This document shows positions 54,836 to 63,473 of a stretch of DNA of 63,473 bases, piece by piece. Origin of the DNA: Corallochytrium limacisporum Hawaii (lineage: Eukaryota > Protista > Pluriformea); assembly GCA_002811645.1 (NCBI GenBank), contig PDIP01000053.1, forward strand, positions 116,771 to 180,243, in the 5' to 3' direction. The notes under the pieces were generated by a model. The model was not told the origin of the DNA, made no database searches, and saw nothing but the letters and a program-made list of their open reading frames with translations. A program made the translations under genes and the position numbers. How positions within the stretch are numbered: position 1 is the first letter of the stretch; each line of letters begins with the position of its first letter.

Positions 54836-56101
54836 ATGACCTCATCGTGGTCATTCCCCCGGTCCGTTTTGAGTGTCAAGGGATGGTACCTGAGGCAGCG
54901 GTCAAACGCACGGCATAGATCGGCTTTGTGGCACGGGAGCAGATGTACCCTCCTAAGCAGGGAAGCAGATGTACTCTCCTCCAAGGACACTATGGCAACA
55001 ACTATAACCAAGCTGCCGTCCATTTCCCGCATCTCTGATAGGGTGGTGAGGGTCATGGGTGGTAATCCAAGTCTCTACACACTCTCTGGCAGCTGCACGT
55101 ACCTAGTGGGCAGCGGCCAGGACCGCATCCTGATCGATACCGGACAGGGATTCAACGAGTGGACCGAGAATCTGAAACAGGCGCTGACATCGGAGGGCGC
55201 GAACGTTAAGGAAGTATTGATCACACACCACCATGCTGATCATGTTGGTGGTATCCCTGACCTCGTTGAGTATGTAAAGAAAGTTACTGGTCAGACACCA
55301 CGGATCCGCAAATACGGGCCAGACCAGATCGCCTACAGCGAAGGTGTCAAGTTCGACGGATGGCTTAAGGATGGGGACACAATTTCAGTACCCGGTGCCA
55401 CAGTGCGTACACTCTATACTCCAGGACACACAAAGGACCACGTTGCTTTCTATTTGGAAGAGGAGCGGTCAATTTTCACCGGTGACTGCGTCCTCGGCGA
55501 AGGAACCGCTGTGTTCACTGACCTGAGCGAGTTGATGACCTCTCTGCGGAGGATGAAGGCAGAGCAGCCGGATCGGCTCTACCCTGGACATGGACCCGAG
55601 TGTCTGGATGCCACGGCCAAGCTTCAGGAATACATTTCACATCGGGAGGAGCGAAGCGATCAAATCATCGAATTCCTGGAGGGCAAGCGCGGAGGTAGTG
55701 CGACCGCGATGCAGATGGTCAAGCATATCTACGCGGACTATCCTGAGCAGTATCATACTCCCGCAGAGGCCAATGTGCTTCTTCATCTGCTGCACCTTGA
55801 AGATACCGGTCATGTCGGCCGGAGTGTGCCGAAGGAGGCGCAGGATAAGGGACCCGGAGGGATTGCCTTTGAACAGATCCACCAAATGGCCAGCAAGGCC
55901 TTCCAGCGCGATCAGGAGCACTACGAAGAAAAGGCTGCGAAGGCAGCAGCGGGAGAGGGAGCAGACAGCAATAGTGATATGAAGCCACCATCGCAGGACG
56001 CCGAACAGGAAGGAAAGGCAGTCATCATGAAGCGCATCCTCGCCGTTAAGTCTGTGCAGTGGGTCCGCACCGCCAAGGCACGCAATGCTTCGGCTCTGTA
56101 A
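54836..56101 (+). CDS. LACTB2: Metallo-beta-lactamase-fold endoribonuclease, LACTB2-like
   Basis: RVMGGNPS.YTL.G...YLVG.G...LIDTG, THHHADHVGG, TPGHTKDH, FTGDCVLGEG, YPGHG, YISHR, plus winged-helix C-domain. Start is ATG 54836 (presequence-like) or 54992. Confidence 0.92.
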   Translation: MTSSWSFPRSVLSVKGWYLRQRSNARHRSALWHGSRCTLLSREADVLSSKDTMATTITKLPSISRISDRVVRVMGGNPSLYTLSGSCTYLVGSGQDRILIDTGQGFNEWTENLKQALTSEGANVKEVLITHHHADHVGGIPDLVEYVKKVTGQTPRIRKYGPDQIAYSEGVKFDGWLKDGDTISVPGATVRTLYTPGHTKDHVAFYLEEERSIFTGDCVLGEGTAVFTDLSELMTSLRRMKAEQPDRLYPGHGPECLDATAKLQEYISHREERSDQIIEFLEGKRGGSATAMQMVKHIYADYPEQYHTPAEANVLLHLLHLEDTGHVGRSVPKEAQDKGPGGIAFEQIHQMASKAFQRDQEHYEEKAAKAAAGEGADSNSDMKPPSQDAEQEGKAVIMKRILAVKSVQWVRTAKARNASAL

Positions 56102-57508
56102 TTCCCTTCAAGACTAGTCAATCAATACACTATGCCTACCCTTGTAGAGTTTTCTAAGGGACTTCTACCAAGGCCTTCATGACCATATCATTAGTATTCT
56201 CTGGTCCCTGTCCTCCAGTAGTCATCAGTCTGTGTGCGCGGCAGGCTTTCGTGCCCCGGCCCTTGCTCCGGTGGGTCCCTGGGACGTGTCGGGGCAAACC
56301 CACAGCGCGCGACCGAGAGCGTGCGTGTGAGAACACAAGCAGCAAACAGCAAATACAAACTGGGCGTCTCACCAGTCCCAGTGGAGAGGGCCGCCAGGGG
56401 TTTAGGGGAGGTCCAACTCTCTCCGGGTTGGGGGGGGGGGGCCAAAGAGAAAAGGGTAAAAATAGGAGCGCAGCCTCGAAGACTGCAAAACTTTCTTTCC
56501 ATGGCTGCAGGTTGGCTTTTTTACCTTTTGCGATTCCAACACACCGCAGTGCGTGTCCTTCGTGCCTCCTTAATTTTCTCTTTGTGTCTGCCGCGTTCCA
56601 AAACCCCGCCGAGGCAAACCCCCCTCCCCCGCGGGGGCGGGGTCTTTACACTGCGCTTGGCTTGCGGTGTGGGTGTGATTCCCCATCGCTCTCTGAGAGG
56701 GAGATAGGGGGGGGGTCCGAGAGAAAAAAAAAAGCTGGGTGGCTTTTCTGCATGCGGGAGGAGGGGGTTCTTGGGGAGGTGGAGGGGGGGGGCGGCCTTT
56801 AGTGTCCCNNNNNNNNNNNNNNNNNNNNNNNNNNNNNNNNNNNNNNNNNNNNNNNNNNNNNNNNNNNNNNNNNNNNNNNNNNNNNNNNNNNNNNNNNNNN
56901 NNNNNNNNNNNNNNNNNNNNNNNNNNNNNNNNNNNNNNNNNNNNNNNNNNNNNNNNNNNNNNNNNNNNNNNNNNNNNNNNNNNNNNNNNNNNNNNAGGGG
57001 GTTCTTGGGGAGGGGGAGGGGGGGGGCGGCCTTTAGTGTCCCCTACCAGCGCGCTATGCGTACGGTACTACCGTGGTACTCCGAAGAAAACGGGTGGTCA
57101 CGGAAGGCCAGTCGGTTTCTCTGGTGCGGGAATATGGGGCAGACGGAGACGCGCATTTTTGCAGGTTTGTGCATCTCACCCAGGACTTCGTCCTTTTCTA
57201 GCTTTAGGTGCCATGGTTGCTTGAATGTGGGTGTGAGTTTTGTGGATGAAGTCAGTGTGGAAACTGGACGACTTTGATATCTGATAATACATTCCAGTTA
57301 TCCAATAATTAATTGTTTGTTATGCAGTGTTGAAACCTGACGTGAACTGTGAGGGTAAATAAGTCATTGTGTCATCGTTTGCAAAGCGTAAGATTCACGC
57401 TTTGAATGTGTGCACAGACAAGCGTAAATTATTTTGGTACGCGGTGTAGGGAAACGATGCAAGAAACTTGAGTCATCTGGATCGTGAGGCGATAGATCGA
57501 TTGCAAAT

Positions 57509-58900
57509 ATGAGGGTGTACGCGTGGTACATTGCCTTGCTGTGCTCTGTAGCTTTGTTGACGCCGGCACAGGAGCTGCCACAGACAACAGGTGACCTGTC
57601 AACCTATCAACAGATCCTCCCAGTCGTGCGAGGGCCACCCAAGACCGAAAAGCATAAGAAACATACCGGTGGTCACAAGACGGAAGCTCCTACCACAACG
57701 GAACAGCCGCCTCCTACCCAGGAGCCCTCCACATCACCTGAACACCATGACAAAGACCATGACAATGAAACTGGAGTGCCAGCGGTATACATTGCTAGCG
57801 AACCCTTGCTGGGGGTCTGCTTCGGGATCGGGCCCCCAAGTCATAATGTTCGCAATGCTGCCCTATGCGCGAGTCACAGTGTGAATTTGATTGTAAGCGT
57901 GATCACTCTAGGTATGGTGATCTATAAGCTGCGTTTGTTGCACCTTACTAAGCGGCCTCTCTTTCAGCAGATTGTCTTTTATCTCGCGTCTGCGGAACTG
58001 CTGGTCTTCATTGTTGACATCACAGCTATGAATGAAGCTCTGATGCAGCTCATCTATGAATATTTGCGGGTTATGCAACTGCTCATTCTGTCCGGATACT
58101 ATTGCTCGCTGGCTTGCCACATCTTCGATCGGGTGCAACTGCAGCGTAGAGTGGCTTGGCCTGTGATTGGTTCATTCCTCCTGTACTATTTTGCTGTCAT
58201 CATATACGGTTTAATCATTATTACCGAAGACAGACCAACCTGCCATGAACCAGTTTGGCTCATGCTCTCCGTGCCTGAGTTTGCGAATGTCCTCATCTTT
58301 GTGACGGGTGCACGGTTTATTGTGCAGCGTTTGAAGCTGGCTGCAATTACAGAGAACTACCGTCGTCGCCGCTGCCGGGAACTTTGGGCACTGGTAGCTA
58401 GCTACGCACTGGCCGCTACGTTTACGATGGTCGCGGATGTGGTCGCATTCGGAGTGCCAGATGATAAAGCCTGCTACACTGTGATCGGCGAGAGTCACGG
58501 TACTACCCACGCCATTCTACTCTTCATCTACAGCATCTGCACAGTCCATGCGCCAATCTGGACCATGTACACTGTCTTTGAGACGCAGGTGAAGAACCGC
58601 TTCCAGTACGTTGACGATGAGGAAGAGGACTGCGCGCCGGCTCCTCCACTAGCATCTACCAACGAATCGGTCTCTGGAGAACGAAGGCCTCTGCTTAGTG
58701 GTCGCCTGGCCGCGGTCTTTGGACGGACCAACAACGAAGCCACCAGCAGTGGCGGCGCCGGAGCTGGTGGCTCAGCTAACAGTACAACGGCAATCCGCTC
58801 GGATCCCAATGGACCCAGAGGACCGCCACTGTATAAACGGGGTATGAACAATGGCACCTCTGCCTATGCGCGGCTCATGAGCGGTGATAGCGAGGGGTAG
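57509..58900 (+). CDS. Signal peptide plus seven-transmembrane (GPCR-like) orphan membrane protein
   Basis: Cleavable signal, P/T/E/H-rich ectodomain, seven hydrophobic segments, and a cytosolic tail with an acidic patch and ERRPLL dileucine motif. Confidence 0.8.
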   Translation: MRVYAWYIALLCSVALLTPAQELPQTTGDLSTYQQILPVVRGPPKTEKHKKHTGGHKTEAPTTTEQPPPTQEPSTSPEHHDKDHDNETGVPAVYIASEPLLGVCFGIGPPSHNVRNAALCASHSVNLIVSVITLGMVIYKLRLLHLTKRPLFQQIVFYLASAELLVFIVDITAMNEALMQLIYEYLRVMQLLILSGYYCSLACHIFDRVQLQRRVAWPVIGSFLLYYFAVIIYGLIIITEDRPTCHEPVWLMLSVPEFANVLIFVTGARFIVQRLKLAAITENYRRRRCRELWALVASYALAATFTMVADVVAFGVPDDKACYTVIGESHGTTHAILLFIYSICTVHAPIWTMYTVFETQVKNRFQYVDDEEEDCAPAPPLASTNESVSGERRPLLSGRLAAVFGRTNNEATSSGGAGAGGSANSTTAIRSDPNGPRGPPLYKRGMNNGTSAYARLMSGDSEG

Positions 58901-59039
58901 CCGTGTTGGTCATCATGTTCGCCTTTTAAGTTTCATGACTTGTTTTGACTGTACAGGACAGAGGGAACGGATAATCAAAAAAAAAAACCGCAGCTGTAAC
59001 AATAAAATACTAATTCTTTAACATCTATTCACACATGAA

Positions 59040-60368
59040 CTAGAAGCCTGCAAAGATGTCGTCCATCTCATCGCCGCCTTCTCTCCGTTTCCTTTTCTTT
59101 TTGCTACTGCCCTTCTTCTCAGTCTTCTTACCTTTGCTGCTGTCGGGGCCCGTATTCGTCTTATCCTCTCGCTTTGTTCTACCAAGAAGCTCTGCCATGC
59201 TTGGTGGTTTCTCGAGTGCTTCCTTGGAGAATGGTGGTTTCTTGTTTAAAGACACGGCATCAGGATCAGTCTTCGGTTTGATTGGTTTTGGTTCGGGCGC
59301 GATATCTTCCCTCTCGGATGCCTTTGCAGGGGCAGGAAAGGCGTAGAGTTTTGAGGCTTCCGTGGCTTGAGTTGATAATTTCTTTCCACCCGGCCATTTA
59401 CGAACGTCAATAAGTCGGTCAATCTCACTGAGAACCCATTTTGTGTTTGTGTCCATGCTGTTCTCGTCGAAGTAGATAGACAAAAGGAAAAGTCTGTGTG
59501 CCCCGAGCATTTTCAACAGAATCTCATTCCACTGCGGTTCCTGAGATAGATGCTCACCGTCCATCGTGGACGCAACATAACCAGCGATGGATGTAAGGGT
59601 ACTCAAATTGGCAACAAGCAGCTGGATGAGGTCAGCTCGCAACTTGCCCACCAGCGCAATCATCGCACTAAGCACTGCGAGGTGTTCACCCTGGGCAATC
59701 ACTCCCCCTGCACTCGCAGCAAAGCCCTCAGCTCGCTCCTCGGCAATTAGAATCGATCTCACAGTACTCCCTGCGCTCAAGTAGACACCAGCAACCAGCT
59801 TCTCATCAAGCTTCCGAGTCTGTGGCTGTTTCACCGAACCATCCTTTGCTTTAAACTTTTTGGAATCCTTAGACTGTGAAGTATTGATCAGCTGCGACCG
59901 CAGTTGATCCAACCATACTCTGCCCTCGACCAGCCTACATTTGGAACACGCCGACACAAATCCCTGCACGAACCGGAACCACGGTTGTGTGCGAAACTGG
60001 GACCGATTGCTGCGGACCAACCCCGATAGGTCCTGCACATGCTGCCAAAATTCCCGTTCCCTCTTCACTGTCCGGATCTCTCTCAGGTTGCCGACGAGCT
60101 GTGCCTTGCATCCGGACCTACGGTCGCCAATGGTATTGTGAGGGTAGTCCACAGTTGTCACGAAACTGGGACTGAATTCTTTGTCCAACCCCTCGCCGTA
60201 CAGCACTTGCAGAAACGGGGTAAGGAAGTCTCCGTCAAGGTTGAAGTAAAAATCATATACTGTATCCTCTAGGTTCCTCAGGACTACCTTAGGACCATAC
60301 CAATAGTTTGGCCATTCCGACCTATCAGTAGGATTCAGAGATGTCGGCTCCCCTGGGTCGTCGTCCAT
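59040..60368 (-). CDS. Nucleolar protein, probably NEPRO/Rmp1-like RNase MRP subunit
   Basis: LVRSNRSQFRTQPWFRFV resembles the Rmp1/NEPRO N-terminal motif; Lys-rich NLS and terminal EMDDIFAGF resemble the DDIF tail of this family; first in-frame ATG 60368. Confidence 0.6.
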   Translation of the reverse strand: MDDDPGEPTSLNPTDRSEWPNYWYGPKVVLRNLEDTVYDFYFNLDGDFLTPFLQVLYGEGLDKEFSPSFVTTVDYPHNTIGDRRSGCKAQLVGNLREIRTVKREREFWQHVQDLSGLVRSNRSQFRTQPWFRFVQGFVSACSKCRLVEGRVWLDQLRSQLINTSQSKDSKKFKAKDGSVKQPQTRKLDEKLVAGVYLSAGSTVRSILIAEERAEGFAASAGGVIAQGEHLAVLSAMIALVGKLRADLIQLLVANLSTLTSIAGYVASTMDGEHLSQEPQWNEILLKMLGAHRLFLLSIYFDENSMDTNTKWVLSEIDRLIDVRKWPGGKKLSTQATEASKLYAFPAPAKASEREDIAPEPKPIKPKTDPDAVSLNKKPPFSKEALEKPPSMAELLGRTKREDKTNTGPDSSKGKKTEKKGSSKKKRKRREGGDEMDDIFAGF

Positions 60369-61035
60369 GTGCGCCTTCTTGCCGATCCGTGACACACGGT
60401 ACACATTGCTGTCCCAGATCTACATTGGCTCATTGTTAACCACTTGTACTTGTAATAAGCATCACACTGCCATATCCGTGTGCTAGACTTTTTGAGTGTA
60501 TTGAGTACCCAACTAGAACTAACATCAAAGACTCCTTGGGCGACGACACCACAGTTCTCGATGGCTCCCTACTCGTACGGGCGGAAGCTACGCCTCCCTG
60601 TGACTCTGTGAACCCCACCTGCGCATGGGGTCCACCCAACCAATTTAGGCGCGAGCTGGTCAAAACGAGGGGGGTAGCAAGAATTGCACCCCCCAACGGC
60701 AATGGGTGCTGTACTGTGCTGCCGGCCCGCTGAGAATTAGAATGGGGGTCAGGGAACAAAGTGGCGCACGGGCACATGCACAGTCACTTGATCAATGGTG
60801 TACCTATTGATCACTGCACACATGCACAGTCATCGGCTGAGCGCACGGGAGTCCGTTTTTAAGTCCTCTCCATCTTTGTTGCGTGGATTTGGTATCTCCG
60901 CTGTATTTCCTTCTTGTGCTACCTGGAAGGGTATGTCACTGGTGCGAGTGAAATCGCGCGACTAATCCTTTGCGTGTGCTGTTGTGATGCACAGAGTTGC
61001 ACCTGGAAACATCTCAGTGCTCATTCACCTACACC

Positions 61036-61190
61036 ATCGGCATGGCGCGCTCGATATGGCCGTCCCGTACAGAAGCTCAGTAATGATGAACTCAGAAGGT
61101 ATACACAGTGCTCGGCAAGCACACCAAGGTTAACCCTGCGTCAGCTATCGGCATATACAGGCAGTCTGCTTGGCTTTGACATTCCCACCA
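61036..61190 (+). mobile_element. Possible Tc1/IS630-type transposase HTH remnant
   Basis: GRPVQKLSNDELRRY...PRLTLRQLSAY...LGFDI resembles the GRPxKL...P.LTLREL...G linker/HTH2 of Tc1/IS630 transposases; no convincing DDE domain follows. Confidence 0.25.
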
Positions 61191-63473
61191 TGGCACAAAG
61201 GTGGTTCATGGATGGCGGGAACCGAGGGAACTAGAACGGGTCGACTCAAAATATACGCAACCCATTCGTTCTGCGCCGGCCAAGAAAGTTAGAACGACAG
61301 AGCTTTTCCATTATACGCGCCAGATCTATTGCCAGCCGGTCGCGCAGGATTATGTGACCAACGAGAGAAGTAAAGGCATACTACCACCACACCATATCGC
61401 CAAATCAACACGCCGCTAACAATATTGAATGCTGTTTAGTACATTATCACTAGTGAGGAAGCTCGTCCGAAACGATTTGGCTTCATTCACAACATCCACT
61501 TGTGCAAAGGACACAGAACCCAGTCCGAAACACCTTGGTCTGAAACGCATCTGGAACAGAACTATTCAGCCAGGGGTTGCAGAGATTAACCCTGCTGGCT
61601 TGACCAAGCCGGTCATCGAACAACACTGCAAGTAACATACCTTCCCGGCTGGAAGTAGTAGTACTCGTATTCTCGGAGCTGAAGGAGACAAAGTGCTTGG
61701 TATCGAACATGTGCCAAGGGCGGGAAGTTTGCCGACTTGCAAACATCGCATCGCGACCATACATCACTGGCAGCACAGTTCCACGATGACATGCAACACA
61801 GTTCCAGGAATTTTGGTGCTGGTTGGGGGGTGGAGCGAGTGCACACGGGTCTTGATTGCAGTCCCAGTCTTTCATATCTCTATCTGCGTCTTTGTCTGGG
61901 CCTCTTCGGTAGATCCACCCTGTTTGGTGGAAACATTTCATCACATTGAAGTGGAAAGAAATCACAAAGATGGTCGGAAGCCAAGGGTTCCCGGACCCAT
62001 ACCATAATTCGCTCGCAAAACATCATCGACCCCGACACGACGCATCACACGCCCACTGCAAGCCACAACCGCCAGAGCCACGAAAACCATCGAGAACATC
62101 AGCCCCAGCCACCGCGCTTGAATGATTATTTCAATGCCGATCGAGCAAAACTTCGAAACATTCGACTGGCTCTGGGAACATTCGTTTTTGTTTACTATGA
62201 ATAAATACAAATTCGTTCTGGGAGTGTCCATGCCCCCGGCCCTCTGGGCGTTTGCTCACTGCTTGACCGCGCCCGCGCCGGGAGGGCACCTGCGTTCACT
62301 CTTGCACAACTTCCGCCGTCCATCCGAACGCGTTCGAAGGGNNNNNNNNNNNNNNNNNNNNNNNNNNNNNNNNNNNNNNNNNNNNNNGGGGAATTAAAGA
62401 TGGAAAATACAAAACCAAAAAGAAAATAGAGGGGTATTCCCGTCCGCTCAACAGTCTCTCTCTCTCTCTCTCGCTCCTCAGCCCCTCCCTGTCCGTATAT
62501 TTTGTGCCGATATTGCTCAACGTATACAAAATACAATATTATTCTCCGTCCCTTATTTCTCTGTTCCAGTGTTGTTTCCCTCCCTCACTCGTCCATCCCA
62601 CCCTCCCTTTTGCACTGGGGGTCTCTCGCTCGGCTTCCGCCCGACACCGCGTTCCTTCTCGCGCCTCGCCTCCCAGATGATGCGCAATACACCTTGTTAT
62701 GCAACGCTTGCTCCCCGCCCTCACATACCCAACGTACCAAAGAAGTTTTTGTCCAAGATTCACCCTGAGCTGATCCAAAGGTCAACAGGAATAGGATATC
62801 CAGCCCGGTTCCAAAAAAAAAATAGGTCCTTTCGCCTCCCTCCTAACCCCCTACAACCCCCCGACTCCTCCTCCTTTCTTTATTATCGCTGTCTTTCTTC
62901 TTTTCTTCAGCTGCGGACACGCACTCACCCCAACACCCAACAAATAACCAAAAAATGGTGGTCCACTGTTTGAGAATTTAAAAACTGTGTTAGTTGTCAC
63001 TTGTGTTTACTACTTGTTCTTTTTTTTTTCATTTTGGCTGTGGTTGGTGGTGGCTCAGTTGGTCGTATTTTTCTAATGACGCAGGCAGTTCTCCTCGCTC
63101 CGTGTCTCCCGCAGGGCGAAGAAGAGCGAGCGAGTCGCAAGGGACCAGGGCGCTGGCCAATTGTGCAGACTCGCGCCTTTTTGTTTCGCGTTCGATTGGA
63201 GCTGCCACCGTTCTGCTCACCTGACAGATGCGAATGGTATTGCAAGGAGGTTGCTTGAAAAATATTAGGGATATTATGTATAGAGTTGTTACCTGCATAA
63301 TTTGTTCCTTCGCAACCCATCTATATGTCCAATTGTCGAACAGCGAATTGATTTTGTCATCGCTTTTGTGTTCTCTATGATCCGTGGATCTCCATATGTT
63401 TAGTACGCGCGGGGCGCCACCGATATTGACGCGTTCTTGCATTCTGTGAACTAAGGGGGGGGGTGGGGGGGGG

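Noticed and set aside
56762-57042. About 47-bp repeat flanking the N gap
   Set aside because: Scaffold overlap artefact in a G-rich tract.
61380-61560. HIAKST and SP..L...IW resembling Tc1 DDE motifs
   Set aside because: Spacing from the HTH and between motifs is wrong and stops intervene; insufficient to call a transposase catalytic domain.
1-63473. CRISPR arrays, rRNA, spliceosomal snRNA or prokaryotic defence systems
   Set aside because: Eukaryotic sequence; no spaced repeats or diagnostic RNA motifs seen by eye. An Infernal/Rfam scan would be needed to exclude ncRNAs in the long spacers.

Overview
Eukaryotic, very intron-poor genomic window with 22 supportable protein-coding genes and four assembly gaps. 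The gene set (animal-type HADHA/HADHB, GCK-III kinase, TCTEX1D2, TMEM181-like) plus the near absence of introns suggests a unicellular holozoan (Corallochytrium/ichthyosporean-like); this is inference only. Only one coding-region intron is clearly supported (Tctex-type dynein light chain). Genes sit tail-to-tail across very short spacers, while upstream regions are long and rich in poly-G/poly-C, purine/pyrimidine tracts and microsatellites. Most notable: (1) a 1335-aa protein with a myristoylation motif, two complementarily degenerate alpha/beta-hydrolase (lipase-like) domains and a PKA-type kinase, a candidate lipid-sensing kinase; (2) a TMEM181/Wntless-like membrane domain fused to an intact class-3 lipase; (3) head-to-head HADHA-HADHB as in vertebrates, with HADHB ending in a PTS1-like SKI; (4) a surface-anchored phytocyanin-like blue copper protein; (5) a bacterial-type GNAT; (6) faint transposon relics. 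No rRNA, tRNA or CRISPR array recognised. All family assignments come from motif recognition by eye, without database searches.
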